A stretch of DNA of 64,000 nucleotides from Methanobacteriota archaeon (GCA_963787255.1 CAWBCJ010000026.1:68514-132513), one strand, 5' to 3'; counted from the first letter of the stretch, positions 46,801 through 58,086 are shown. Numbers and translations are program-made. The notes: generated from the letters alone by a model not told the origin.

Positions 46801-49598
46801 GCGCTCGAACAGATCGACTTTCACAGGCGCCCCGGCGACCGGCTGGCCGGACAGGTCCACCACCGCCGTCTGGAACTTGAGGGCCTCCTTTGAAACCGCC
46901 CAGCTGTCAGGCTTGATGCCGATGAGGCGGCCGGCATTCCACAGGGGAACCCGGCTGGAGACGGTCTGGATTTCGCCGTTGGGGTCCCGGAACTCCATTT
47001 CCGCCGTCATGTCCTGCGGCGCGTCGGCCGCCGGCAGGCCCGGCACGACGGTGCGCGCCGTGCCGGCGGAGTCCAGCAAGAGATCCACGGTCATGAGCTT
47101 CGGTTTGGGCCCGCCGCCTGCCTCGCCCGTATCGTCCTGCTCGCCGCGGCGCACCAGGCCTTCCTTGACCGGCCCGTTGCCGAACACAAAATCGTCAAAG
47201 CCTTCGAACGCCGGAAGGCGCTTGGCCGCCACATCCGCGCGCAGCTTCACCGGCAGCAGCCCGGCCCCACCGCCGGCCAAGTACTGGACGCTGAGGTCGA
47301 GCACGGCCTCCTTCGCGTTGACCAGCGGCTGCGAGGGCGGCTGGATGGTCCCTTTGAGCAGCGGCAGGCGGAATTCCTCGACCCGGAAGCGGCCGGAGGT
47401 CAGGCTCCGGAAGACCGCGAACTCGGAGGACTCCTCCCCGGCGTCCTCGCCCGTCTCCTCGCCTTCCGCCGGCTGGTCCTGCTGGCTGCTTTTGCGCATC
47501 AGGGTCACGCTGTAGCTGCCCAGCTTGGCCTCCTTCGGGATGGCCCAGTCGGTCTCGGCGACACCGGACGCATCCCACGTAAGCGGCAGTTCGTAGGCCT
47601 GGTTGCTGCCGGCGTGGCGGATGGAGGCGGTGTCGGGCAGCTTGTCCGCCCGCGGAACGGCAAAGCCGTCCATGGTGTGGCGGCGGATGAGGTGCTTCAT
47701 GTGCACCGTTTCGCCGGCGCGCAGCAGGCTGCGGTCGAAGATGGTGTGGGCGATGACGGGCCCGGCGCCATATTCCGCCGGCAGCTTGAAGCGCCAGGCC
47801 TCGATGCCCTCGTCCCAACTCGAGTGCACGAAGCTCATGTCGTCGCCGGTCTCAGCCGTGATGAAAAGCCCCTCCCCCAGCCGCCGCAGCGCGCCCAGCT
47901 GAGAGGTGTCGTATTCCGGCAGCTCGAATGCGCACGCCGGGTTGTCGGTCGCAACGGCAAGCTCCGCGTCGATGCGCGCGATGCCGTCCGCATCGGTGCG
48001 GCCCTTCCAGAGGACTTTGCCTGCGCAATCCATCACGGCCACGTCCGCTCCGGCTGCCGGCTCGGCCTGGTCGAGGGTCGTCACCCACACGAGGGAGGAT
48101 TCGCGCCCCTGCTTGAAGTGCACGGACAGGTTGGTGACCAGCACGGCCGCGGGCACGTACATGGGCTTCGGCGCATCGAGCAGCGCCTTGCCCAGGATGG
48201 CGCTTTCGATCTCGACGATGTAGAGCCCGGGCTTCTTCAAGGGGATCCCGACCACCTCGAAGGCGCCGGGCCCCAGGGTCTTGGGGATCTTGAATTCCTC
48301 GACGGCCGATCCGAGGTGAACAGGGACGCATCCCGCTTAGCGGCGGCGACCCGGCGCAGCCAGGGCTGCACCTCCTCGGCCCGGCCCGGCGGGACGTTGA
48401 CGATCTTGCCGGTCACCTGGCCGGTCGTGCCGGTCTCCACTTTCAGCATCCGCGCTTTCGGCTGGGGTTCGATGTTGCGGATGGTCACGGGCAGCGCCGG
48501 GTCGGCGTTGCGTTCGACGATGCCGAAGCGCGCCGCAAACTTGGCGAGCGGCGGATAGCCGGCCGTGCGGACCTTGAGCGGAAACCGGTTGGCGTTGGTC
48601 AGCGCCCGGCCCGCGTCGTCCTTGATGCCGGCCGGGAGCTCGAGCATGAAAGTCGGCATTGGCGGGCAATGGCCCTTCAAATGTCACCCGGCTGCCGTCT
48701 TTGCCCAGGGGGGCGCTCCAGGTTTTCCCGTCCGGCCCCTTCAGCACGGCCGCGCCGGTCTGCCCGGGGTCGAGCGCAGCGTTGAAGCGCAGGCTCATGG
48801 GCAACACCGGGATGCAGCCGGCTCGCGGGTTTTCGCGCTCGCAGTGGAACTCGGCCAGGAAGGCCTCGCGGGTTTCGAAATTGAGCACCTGGTCCTGTTC
48901 GGTCGCCACCCCGGAAGCGGACGTGATGCCCTTGCCCCACACCAGGCTCACCTTGGCTTTCTGGGGGAAGCCGCTGCCGGCACTGCAGCAGCACGGACCT
49001 TGCCGCGGTCGGGGTCGCTGTTAAAAAGCCAGCGGTTGGCGGCAAGGATCGCCTCGCGCTCAGCACCCGTGATGATCTGCGCACCCACCCGCTGCTGGAT
49101 GCCGGCGATGGCAAACCCCGCCCGGGAGAGGACCGAGGCCTCGTCCGGCACGCTGTCCAGGACCAGGATGAACACCTGGTCCTCGCCGATGCCGCGGTTG
49201 CCGGCGTAGGGCAGCGAGTTGCGGATGGCCGGCCCGCCGGTGGAAAATGAAAATTCCCGCTTTCCGGCAAGCGCCTTGCCTGAAAGCGTCCGCAGGCCCG
49301 GGGTCAATTTGAAGGAACACCGGATCCCGCCCGGCAGATCGCGCTCGAAGTCATAGACCCAGTTCCCGGGGTCCGCCCAGCGCCCTCGGCCCTCCTCGGA
49401 GCACTGCACCGCAAACGGCGCCGCAGCCCGCGGATCGCCGAACGCCACCATGGGCTCGGAAAAACTCGCCCGCACCTGGCGCACCTTCTTGACGGTCCCC
49501 TGTGGCGTAAACCCGGAGACCTTCGGCGCCTCCTGGGCCAAGACCGAAGAACATAGGAACAGCAGGCTCAGAACCAGAACAACCAGCTTGCGGCGCAT
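43897..49598 (-). CDS. bacterial alpha-2-macroglobulin (frameshifts ~48300, ~48670, ~48960-49000)
   Basis: Signal peptide MRRKLVV, FRVEEF, AAVDEG, thioester motif PYGCMEQ, PTRVEALYAPE. Confidence 0.93.
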
Positions 49599-49754
49599 GG
49601 CAGGAACCTTTCTGTGGCAGGAGTTGTCGGCGAGGAACGCGGACCCAGTTAAGCCAGTTTTATCATGCGATGTCAAGTGCTTGATCTTTCCATTGCGGTT
49701 CAATAAGATATATTTTACCGGCGGTGACAAGGCCATAATGTTTAGGATAGCGAC

Positions 49755-50708
49755 ATGAATCCCACCCCATTTCCGGATTTTTTAAAGCAGTCCAAATGCA
49801 TCCTGGGCGAGGGGGCTGTCATCGAGCGCTTGCGCCGCAACTCGGACTGCGAACTCGACCCCCATATCGTCAATTCCGGATTTATCTACCACGCGGCGAA
49901 ACGTGCGGCGCTTGCGGCCATCTGCCGGCAGTACCTGGACATCGGCTTCCGGCATGACATGCCGCTGCTTCTCTCCACCCCCACCTGGCGGGCCAGCCGG
50001 GAACGGATCGCGGCCGCCGGTTTGACCGGGATGGACGTGAACGGCGACAATTTCCGGTTTCTGGATGCTCTGCGCAGCAGCTATGGCGGCTACGCCCGGA
50101 AGGTCGTCATCTGCGGTTTGCTGAGCTGCCGCGGGAATGCCTATGATCCGGCCGAAGCCCTTGCAGCCGACGATGCGCATGAGTTCCACGCCTGGCAGGC
50201 CGCGATGCTGGCGCAAACCGATGTCGATTTCCTGCTGGCCGCCACCCTGCCGGCCTTGAGCGAAGCGCTCGGGCTGGCATCGGCCATGGCCGCCACCGGA
50301 AAACCCTACATCGTCAGTTTTGTGGCGCGCCCTGAGGGCACACTGCTCGACGGCACGCCCCTGAAGGAGGCCATCGCCACCATCGATGCCGCCACCCGCC
50401 CGCAGCCGCTGGCGTACATGGTCAACTGCACGCATGCCTCCATCTTCCGGGCCGCCCTGCGGCATGACGTCAATTCCTCGCTGCTGGCCAGAGATCGCAT
50501 CGTCGGCCTTTTGGCCAACACCGCCGCGCTCGACCCTGAAGAATTGGACAACAGCACCGGCCTGGTGGAAGAGGATCCCGACGTGTTCGGTCGATCGGTT
50601 GCCGGCCTGCACGGGGAACTCGGCATGAAAATCCTGGGAGGCTGCTGCGGAACTGACGACCGGCACATCGATTGCCTCGCAACCCGGCTTGCCTCGGTGT
50701 CTTCGTAA
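49755..50708 (+). CDS. homocysteine S-methyltransferase family protein
   Basis: TPTWRA, LLDGT, MVNC, ILGGCCGT. Confidence 0.9.
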   Translation: MNPTPFPDFLKQSKCILGEGAVIERLRRNSDCELDPHIVNSGFIYHAAKRAALAAICRQYLDIGFRHDMPLLLSTPTWRASRERIAAAGLTGMDVNGDNFRFLDALRSSYGGYARKVVICGLLSCRGNAYDPAEALAADDAHEFHAWQAAMLAQTDVDFLLAATLPALSEALGLASAMAATGKPYIVSFVARPEGTLLDGTPLKEAIATIDAATRPQPLAYMVNCTHASIFRAALRHDVNSSLLARDRIVGLLANTAALDPEELDNSTGLVEEDPDVFGRSVAGLHGELGMKILGGCCGTDDRHIDCLATRLASVSS

Positions 50709-50731
50709 TGAGGTTCTCAGGAGAAACAGGG

Positions 50732-51640
50732 ATGATGCAGCGACGTTGTCTTCGACTGGCATGGGTGGCGGCACTCTGGTGGGTTTTCAGTCTCCAGCCC
50801 GCTGACGCCTGCACCCTCTGGGGCGCGGCGGGGAATGCCGTTGACGGCGGGGGGGTCCTGATCACAAAGAACCGCGACTGGGCCCCGGACCATCGGCAGC
50901 AGCTGAACATCGTGAGGCCGAAGGAAGGTTACGCGTCCGTTGTGCTCGCTGCGGTCGGCGGCGCAGAGCCCGGCACCAAGGCGGGCGTCAACGAAAAGGG
51001 CCTGGTCATCGTCACCGCGACGGTCAATCAGGTGCCGACCGCGGAACGCAAGCGGGTCGATCAGAAGAAAGGGTTGATGAGCCATCTGCTCGCCCAATGC
51101 GCCAGCGTGGAAGACGTCCTGAAGCAGATCGAGTTGTTCCGCCGTCCGGTGTTCTACCTGGTCGGCGACCGCAAGGAGATTGCCGTCATCGAAGTGGCAC
51201 CCGACGGCAGCCGCTCCATCACGCGAACGGACTCCGGAACGCTGCACCACACGAACCACTACTGTGCCATCGATCCCCCGGACCTCAAGCGGAAGCCCGG
51301 CGTCAGCAGCACGAACCGTTCGGCGCGCATCGCGGAACTGCTGAAGAACCCGGACAGGCCCTATACCGTCGGCGATTTCATCCGCTTCAGCGAAGACCAG
51401 ACCGCCGGACCCGACAACAGCATCTGGCGCACCGGCAGCGCCCCCCGGAAGACCCGCACTCTGGCCACGTGGCTGGTCTCGATCCCGGCCTCCGGCAGGC
51501 CCCGGCTCTACCTTAAGACCGCCGACCCGGGGGCAGCCGACGCCTCTGCCGCCTGACGGTCGACGACGCCCTCCGGGTCACCGACCGGGACCAAGATTCC
51601 GCTGGACAGCGATCTTCGCCAAGGCACATCGACCAAGTAA
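50732..51640 (+). CDS. exported C45 family Ntn-hydrolase/acyltransferase (3' indels; end uncertain)
   Basis: Signal peptide then ADA|CT, KNRD, GVNEKGL, HTNHY. Confidence 0.82.
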
Positions 51641-51641
51641 A

Positions 51642-51938
51642 ACCTGAGTTGAGCGATTCTAATTTTGGTTTTTGCGGAAGGGCCCGCTGGGGTCTGCCGT
51701 CCGCATGGGCCGCCGCAAAAGCCACCCAGGCTTCGACGACGCCCCCGGGGTTTCGATAACCTCCTCACAGGCAGCGTCGGCCGTCTCTGTCGTGGGGCAC
51801 TGCCTTCCGGGGCTTTCCGGCAATATCTGAGCGGCCCTGCTGCCGTTGAGACGGCCGGCGAAAAGATTGCGGCGGCCCATGCGGACGGCAGACCCCAGCG
51901 GGACTCGATGCGCATCGACAGAATCGCTCAATTTAGGT
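51642..51938. mobile_element. palindromic MITE-like element, copy 2
   Basis: TIR ACCTGAGTTGAGCGATTCT/AGAATCGCTCAATTTAGGT; AAA on both flanks. Confidence 0.88.
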
Positions 51939-51941
51939 AAA

Positions 51942-51990
51942 ATCTGAGTTGAGCAATTTAAATTTTGGTTGTTGCGGTAAGACCGCGCTC
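51942..51990. mobile_element. lone decayed left end of the same element
   Basis: ATCTGAGTTGAGCAATTTAAATTTTGGTTGTTGCGGTAAG. Confidence 0.7.
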
Positions 51991-52023
51991 AGTGCGGGGC
52001 CGCGAGCGCCGGTGCATCCTTTC

Positions 52024-52467
52024 TCAGCTTCTGCCCAGCGTCACCACCGCAGCCACGCAGACCGCTCCCGCGAGAACACTGCCGCTGTGCCAGGGCAGCA
52101 CGAAGCCCAACGCTGCGACGATCGTTATCGCCCTCTCCAGAAAATTGGATCGCTTGAGAAGCCAGCCCGAGCAGCCCGATGCCAAAAGGCCGATCCCCAC
52201 GAACGCGGATACTATCGTCCAGACACCGCTCAGCAAACTGATCCCTTCAAAATGCAGGAGCAGGGCTTTGCCCTCGGGCAGCACCGTGAAAATAAACGGC
52301 AGCAGAAAGGCCGGAAGCGTGTATTTCCAGGCCATCATGGTCGTCTTATAGGGGTTGCCGCCGGTGATCGCCGCGGCGGCAAACGGCGACAACGCCGTGG
52401 GCGGCGAGACTTCGGAAAGCAGTGCGTAGTAAAAAATGAACATGTGGGCGGCGTAGTCCGGAACCCC
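52024..52467 (-). pseudogene. diverged duplicate of the TRAP permease 3' end
   Basis: GVPDYAAHMFIFYY...VCVAAVV repeats 52467-52908. Confidence 0.88.
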
Positions 52468-54416
52468 TAGTGCTTCTGCAGCACCACCACCACGGCCACG
52501 CAGACCGCTCCCGCCACGCTGCCGGTGTGCCAGGGCAGCACGAAGCCCAACGCTCCGACGATCGTTATCGCCCGTTCCAGTAAATTGGACCGCTTGAGAA
52601 GCCAGCCCGAGCAGCCCGAGGCCAAAAGGCCGATCCCCACGAACGCGGATAGGATAGTCCAGACGCCGCCCAGCACACTGATCCCTTCAAAATGCAGGAG
52701 AAGGGCTTTCCCCTCGGGGAGCACCGTGAAAATGAACGGCAGCAGGAAGGCCGGGAGCGTATATTTCCAGGCCATCATGGTCGTCTTGAAGGGGTCGCCG
52801 CCGGTGATGGCCGCGGCGGCAAACGGCGACAGTGCCGTGGGCGGAGAGACCTCGGAGAGCAGGGCGTAGTAGAAGATGAACATGTGGGCGGCGTAGTCCG
52901 GCACCCCCAGCTTGGTCAGCGCCGGGGCCGCAATGACGGCGGCGATGATGTAGGTCGCCGTGATGGGTACGGCGAGCCCGATGATCCAGAGCAGGATGCC
53001 GGTAAAGACCGCCGTCAGGAAGAGGCTGCCCCCGGCATAGTCGATGATGATGCTCGACAGCTTGAGCCCCAGCCCCGTGAGGCTCACGATGCCGACGATG
53101 ATCCCGGCCGCCGCGCAGATGGCGGCCACGTTGAGCACGGTGAGAGCGCCCTGCTTGAGGGCTTCGATCAGCTTCGGCGGCGTGAACCAGGTCTCTTTCC
53201 GAATGAAGGAAACCAGAAAACAGGTCACGATCGCTGCAAAGACCGCGATCTGGGCGGTGAAGCCGGCGACCAGAAAGCCGACGATGGCTGCCAGCGGAAG
53301 GAAGTGGTAGCCATAGCGCTTGAACAACTGGGAGGCCGTGCCGGCCCGGGTGAGCGCGACCGCTTTCAGCCCGAATTTCTTGGCATCGAACTCCACCATG
53401 AGCAGCAGCCCCCAGTAGTAGAGCGCGGCGGGGATGGTGGCGAGCAGGATGACATCCAGGTAGCTGATCCGCAGGAACTCGGCGATCAGAAAGGCCGCCG
53501 CGCCCATGACCGGCGGGGTGGTGATGGCGCCCATGCCGCCGGCGGCCAGAAACCCCCCGGCGTTGTTGCGGTCGTAGCCGGACTTCGACAGCATGGGGTA
53601 GGCCACGGATCCGATGGCCACGGTGTTGGCAACCCCCGAGCCGGAGACCATGGCCAGGAAATAGGAGGTGGCCACCACCGCGCGGCCGGCGGCCGTCGGC
53701 TTCTGCCCCATGCGGCAAAGGCGAAGTCTACGTAGAACTTGCCGGCACCCGAGACGGTCAGAAAGGCGCCGAAGATGCAGAACATGATGATGATCGTGGA
53801 ACACACGTCGATGGGCACTCCGAAGATGCCTTCCAGAGTCATGTACATGTGGCCGATGATGCGCTCGATATCGTAGCCCCGGTGCGTCCAGGGGGCCGGC
53901 AACCACGGCCCGAAATAGGCATACAGCAGAAAGAGGATGCAGGTGATCGGCATGATCCAGCCGGATGACCGTCGGGTGGCTTCCAGGATGAGCAGGATGA
54001 ACAGGACCCCGAAGATCAGGTCCCATGTTTCCGGCGTCACGGCCCGGTAGATGAACTCCTCGAAGTCGAAGAGCATGTAGCCGATGCACACCAGGCCCAG
54101 GGCCGACAGGGTGATGTCGATCAGCGTGATCTTGCCCTTGTACTTTGGCGGTTATCGGATAATAGAGAAACGACAGCGCCAGAAGGAATGCCACGAAGAC
54201 GCTTCTGAGAATCTGGGTGGTGACGGGGACAATGGCCGTATAAAGTGCGAAGACCGACAGGGCGATGGCCAGCCAGGTAATGACCTGGTGCCAGAAGCCC
54301 GCGACCTTGCGCGTGGCGCCCTCCTCTTCTTCCATCAATTGCTCGAGCTTCTTTTTCTGCTCCTCGGTGAGATCCGCGCCGGAAGTTTCCATCGTCGTCG
54401 TCTGCTTGTCCGTCAT
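52467..54416 (-). CDS. TRAP transporter fused 4TM/12TM permease (compensating frameshifts ~54145, ~53712)
   Basis: EATRR, EGIFGVP, SGSGVAN, TPPVMGAAAF, SPPTAL. Confidence 0.92.
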   Translation of the reverse strand: MTDKQTTTMETSGADLTEEQKKKLEQLMEEEEGATRKVAGFWHQVITWLAIALSVFALYTAIVPVTTQILRSVFVAFLLALSFLYYPITAKVQGQDHADRHHPVGPGPGVHRLHALRLRGVHLPGRDAGNMGPDLRGPVHPAHPGSHPTVIRLDHADHLHPLSAVCLFRAVVAGPLDAPGLRYRAHHRPHVHDSGRHLRSAHRRVFHDHHHVLHLRRLSDRLGCRQVLRRLRLCRMGQKPTAAGRAVVATSYFLAMVSGSGVANTVAIGSVAYPMLSKSGYDRNNAGGFLAAGGMGAITTPPVMGAAAFLIAEFLRISYLDVILLATIPAALYYWGLLLMVEFDAKKFGLKAVALTRAGTASQLFKRYGYHFLPLAAIVGFLVAGFTAQIAVFAAIVTCFLVSFIRKETWFTPPKLIEALKQGALTVLNVAAICAAAGIIVGIVSLTGLGLKLSSIIIDYAGGSLFLTAVFTGILLWIIGLAVPITATYIIAAVIAAPALTKLGVPDYAAHMFIFYYALLSEVSPPTALSPFAAAAITGGDPFKTTMMAWKYTLPAFLLPFIFTVLPEGKALLLHFEGISVLGGVWTILSAFVGIGLLASGCSGWLLKRSNLLERAITIVGALGFVLPWHTGSVAGAVCVAVVVVLQKH

Positions 54417-54887
54417 CGCCAAAGCTCCCTGAGTTGGTGGATCAAATAGGTGAAAAGCGGCGGTCGCGCCAGCCGGATGAGGATTCTGCCCTCGTCCGCC
54501 GGGACCGCTGCCAGCGGGATGCGGTGATCTCCCACGCAGAGCACGTGGTTGCCCACGCTGTCCGCCGGGATAGAAAATTCCTGAAGAACCCTGCTGGCGT
54601 TGTGCGGGCCTCTGGTTTCGATGCCGAGGTACTCGAGGGCAGCGTCGGAGGAGACGACCTCGAAGAGCACCAGGCGACCGGCCTCCACCCGGAGCCGCTC
54701 CTCCACCGGCACGCCGTACATGGACTGGGTGTAGTGCAGGGAGACCAGATCCCCCTCGCGGACCCAAACATGAGGCCCGGCCCGCCCGATCTCCAGCACC
54801 TGCGGCCGGATGCCGGCGAGCAGGCAGGCGACCGCCAGCACGGCGAACGCCGCGATGCGGCGCGCCCGAGCACGTTTGCCGGCTCAC
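54413..54887 (-). CDS. DUF1850-like TAXI-TRAP accessory protein
   Basis: LHYTQSMYGVPVEE; lies between TAXI and permease; start uncertain. Confidence 0.65.
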
Positions 54888-55894
54888 GCCGGTACGCTCA
54901 GCCCCTTTTCCTTGAAGAATTTGGCAGCCCCCTTGTGATAGGGAACAGCCTTGTTGGAGGCGCCGTTCTCCAGGGTGAAGTTCGTGGCTTCCTTGTGAAT
55001 GGCGACAAGCTCGGGCTGGTGTTCGAAGATCACCTTGGTGATCTGGTAGGCCAGGGCCTCTTCCATGGCTTCGTTGCAGATGATGATGTTGGCCACACCG
55101 CACACGGGGGTGTCGTAACCGACACCGGTGTAGACGCCCTTGGGGATGATGGACTTGTAATACACCGGGCCGTATTTGGCGCTCATGGGCGCAATCAGGT
55201 CTTCATGGGGGATCAGGACCATCTTGATGCCGGGTGAGGCGGCAAGGTCCATGACGGAGGAGGTGGGAACACCGCCGTCCCAAAAGTAGGCATCGATCTT
55301 GCCGTCCTTCATGGCGCCGGCCGACTCGGCCGCGCCCAGGCGATCCTTCTTGACATCCTTTTCGTGGTTCAAACCGGCCGCCTCGAGCGTGCGCAGCGCC
55401 TTGACCTCGGTGCCGCTGCCGGGCGCGCCCGTGGACACGCGTTTGCCCTTGAGATCGGCCACTTTCTTGATTCCCGTGCCTTCGGTGGTCACCACGTGCA
55501 TAATGTTGGGGTAGGTGACGCAGAGGGTCCGGAGGGGAAGCGCATTCTTAAAGTTCCCCTGCCCCTTGAGCGCATCATAGGCCACATCGTTCATGCAGAA
55601 GGCCAAATCGGACTTCTTGGCGCCGACGAGCTTGCAGTTATCCACGGAGGCGGCGGTCACCTCCGCCGTGGCTTCGACCCCTGCGTACTTGGTGAGCACA
55701 CTGGCAACCCCGCCGCCCAGAACGAAATAAACCCCACCCATGCCGCCTGTCGCCACCGATATCCGTTTCTTGTCCTGGGCATAGAGGTTTGGCACCCCGT
55801 TCAGGAGGGCTGCCCCACCCATGGCGGCGCTGAGCTTCAGAAAGTCCCGGCGTACGATCCCATGACCATTGTCGAGCAGACGATCGATTCCCAT
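54884..55894 (-). CDS. TAXI family TRAP solute-binding protein, Tat signal
   Basis: RRDFLK, ATGGMGGVY, DLKGKRVSTGAPGSGT, PYHKGA; AAGGAG RBS before 55894. Confidence 0.93.
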   Translation of the reverse strand: MGIDRLLDNGHGIVRRDFLKLSAAMGGAALLNGVPNLYAQDKKRISVATGGMGGVYFVLGGGVASVLTKYAGVEATAEVTAASVDNCKLVGAKKSDLAFCMNDVAYDALKGQGNFKNALPLRTLCVTYPNIMHVVTTEGTGIKKVADLKGKRVSTGAPGSGTEVKALRTLEAAGLNHEKDVKKDRLGAAESAGAMKDGKIDAYFWDGGVPTSSVMDLAASPGIKMVLIPHEDLIAPMSAKYGPVYYKSIIPKGVYTGVGYDTPVCGVANIIICNEAMEEALAYQITKVIFEHQPELVAIHKEATNFTLENGASNKAVPYHKGAAKFFKEKGLSVPA

Positions 55895-56159
55895 CACCTG
55901 ATTCTCCTTTTTCGGTTGCGAGGTTGCGGAGCGATTACCGGTCAGAATCGCCATGCAAGGCGATGGCAACGTCGACCATCGGGTAGAGGTCATTCCGTCG
56001 GGCGCGCTCAGGCATTACGCGCAATTCCGAGAGGGCAGCGCTCTGATGAATTGCGCCTGATCCGGGCAGAAGGAGCAGAGAGACCTTGGATGCCTTTAAG
56101 AACGCAAACGGCCTGAAATGTCAATAGGCTTGCCGGAGGAAAGCGGCTTTCGGCGGCGG

Positions 56160-56196
56160 CAAAAAAAGGGCGGGGCCGATGCCGCGCCTCCGCCCC
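56160..56196 (-). terminator. probable intrinsic terminator
   Basis: GGGCGGAG..CCCCGCCC hairpin followed by T7 on the minus strand. Confidence 0.55.
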
Positions 56197-56226
56197 CGAG
56201 TCGGAGGCCGGGGTGGCGCCGGTCGG

Positions 56227-56347
56227 CTACAGCTCCTTGCGGATATTGAAAGCATACGCGAGAAGCCGTAATTCCGTCAATGGCCAGCTGCGGCAGGGTG
56301 GGCCGCAGATATGAGTTTTCAATTGCTTTCGTCTCATTCTTTCTCAT
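56227..56347 (-). CDS. possible ~39-aa small protein (needs one frameshift)
   Basis: GGGGTG RBS, MRKNETK..PQLA/LTELRLLAYAFNIRKEL*, followed by terminator. Confidence 0.3.
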
Positions 56348-56459
56348 ATAGTCACCCCACCCGGAAAGGCCCGGAGTGGAAACGATCGGAGGTCCGCAAG
56401 CGGCAGGATTCGCCAGTCACCCGGCAACCTTACGCTGAGCTTGTTCAGGAGCCCGCGCC

Positions 56460-57815
56460 ATGACATTTTCGTCCGTTCAAACCATCCGCTCGGCCATATC
56501 CCGCACCAGGCAATTCTTCTTGACCGGGCTGTGGTCGGCGCAGCTGGATGCGCTGCCGAAGTGGAAGGCCCTGCCGGCCCGGTTCCTGCGCGCCGTGACG
56601 GTCGCGGTGGTGGAGTTCTTCAAAGACGATTGCATGCTGCGCGCCTCCTCCCTGACGTTCTACACCCTGCTGTCCATCGTGCCGGTCTGCGCGGTCATGT
56701 TCGGCATTGCCAAGGGGTTCGGTTTCGACAAGATGCTGGAAAAGGAGCTGATGGAGCAACTGGCCGGGCAGGAGCAGGTGCTGGAGCGCATCCTCGCCTT
56801 TTCCCGGAAGCTGCTCGAGAACACCAAGGGCGGCCTGATGGCCGGCGTCGGCGTGGTGATGATGTTCTGGGCGGCGATCAAGGTGCTCGGCAACATCGAA
56901 GTCGCCCTGAACGCCATGTGGGATATCAGGAAGCAGCGGACGTGGTGGCGGCGCTTCAGCGATTACCTGGCGGTGATGATCCTCAGCCCGATCCTGCTGA
57001 TCGTGGCCGGGGGCGTGACCGTCTTCATTCGCACCCAGGTCAGCGCCATCGCCGGGAAATTCGCCATCGCGGGCATGATGGGCCCGCTGGTTTTGGAGGC
57101 CTTGAAGCTGAGCCCGCTCATCCTGATCTGCGCCCTCTTCACCCTGATCTACATGGCCATGCCGAACACCCGGGTCCCGTTCAAGCCGGCCCTGGGCGGC
57201 GGCATCATCGGAGGAATTCTTTTCCAGATCGTCCAGTGGGTCTACATCGAGTTTCAGGTCGGGGTGGCCAACTACAACGCCATTTACGGGAGCTTTGCGG
57301 CCCTGCCGCTGTTCTTTGTCTGGGTGCAGACGAGCTGGACCCTGGTGCTGTTCGGCGCGGAACTGTGCTACGCGTTCCAGAACGCGGACACGTATTGCAG
57401 CGCCACGGGGTGCCCCGGGCTCCGACCCCACGAGAAGAAACTGCTGTCGCTGCGCATCGCGCGGCTGGTGATCCAGGATTTTGCCGCCGGGCAGGCGCCG
57501 CTGACGGTCCCGCAGATTTCACAGCGCCTGCGAGTCCCGGCCCGCCTGGCGCAGGAACTGGTGGATGAACTCAGGCAAAGCGGCATTTTCACCGAAACCC
57601 GCACCCGTAAAGGCCGCAAGCCTGCTTTCCAGCCGGCCACGGACATCAGCCGGCTCAACGTGCAGCGGGTCGTTGAAGCGATGGAGCTTGCCGGCGCGCC
57701 GGAAAAGGAAGTGCCGCTCTCAACCGCAGACTCCGGAAATATCGAGGAAGCCATCCGCGAACTCAACCGGGCCGCGGCCCAGTCCCCGGCCAACCGGCTC
57801 TTGAAGGACTTGTAG
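56460..57815 (+). CDS. YihY/BrkB family membrane protein with C-terminal winged helix
   Basis: RASSLTFYTLLSIVP, ALNAMW, YNAIYGSFAALP, LFGAE; AGGAG RBS. Confidence 0.9.
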   Translation: MTFSSVQTIRSAISRTRQFFLTGLWSAQLDALPKWKALPARFLRAVTVAVVEFFKDDCMLRASSLTFYTLLSIVPVCAVMFGIAKGFGFDKMLEKELMEQLAGQEQVLERILAFSRKLLENTKGGLMAGVGVVMMFWAAIKVLGNIEVALNAMWDIRKQRTWWRRFSDYLAVMILSPILLIVAGGVTVFIRTQVSAIAGKFAIAGMMGPLVLEALKLSPLILICALFTLIYMAMPNTRVPFKPALGGGIIGGILFQIVQWVYIEFQVGVANYNAIYGSFAALPLFFVWVQTSWTLVLFGAELCYAFQNADTYCSATGCPGLRPHEKKLLSLRIARLVIQDFAAGQAPLTVPQISQRLRVPARLAQELVDELRQSGIFTETRTRKGRKPAFQPATDISRLNVQRVVEAMELAGAPEKEVPLSTADSGNIEEAIRELNRAAAQSPANRLLKDL

Positions 57816-57990
57816 ACCCGCAACCGGCCCGCAGGGCGATCGGCCGCCCATGCGGGCTTCGGACTGGCCCTTGAAAGGCTAAGGCGAGCCGACCAACCGG
57901 TTCTTTACACCGAACCTGCACCACGATCTCCATCCCTGGAACTCCTTGAATGTCATGCCGAACACGTCAAACCGCTTGTCGTACCGGAAT

Positions 57991-58020
57991 TTGACATGGC
58001 TGGGGCGGAGGGAGTAAAGT
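57991..58020 (+). promoter_or_regulatory. sigma70-like promoter
   Basis: TTGACA-18-TAAAGT before the TPP enzyme. Confidence 0.5.
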
Positions 58021-58086
58021 TGCCGAGCCGGTTGAGTCTATTGCGTCAGTTGAGCTTGTTGCGTCTATGCCTTCAGGAGGGTTGCC

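Noticed and set aside
52464-52470. Stop-codon readthrough from the permease into its duplicated tail
   Set aside because: The duplicate is out of frame by one base
55933-55948. Sigma54 promoter for the TAXI operon (TTGCCATCGCCTTGCA on minus strand)
   Set aside because: The invariant -24 GG is absent
58030-58065. GTTGAGTCTATTGCGTC / GTTGAGCTTGTTGCGTC tandem repeat as a TPP riboswitch
   Set aside because: No TPP aptamer consensus (CUGAGA core and P4/P5); only two short units
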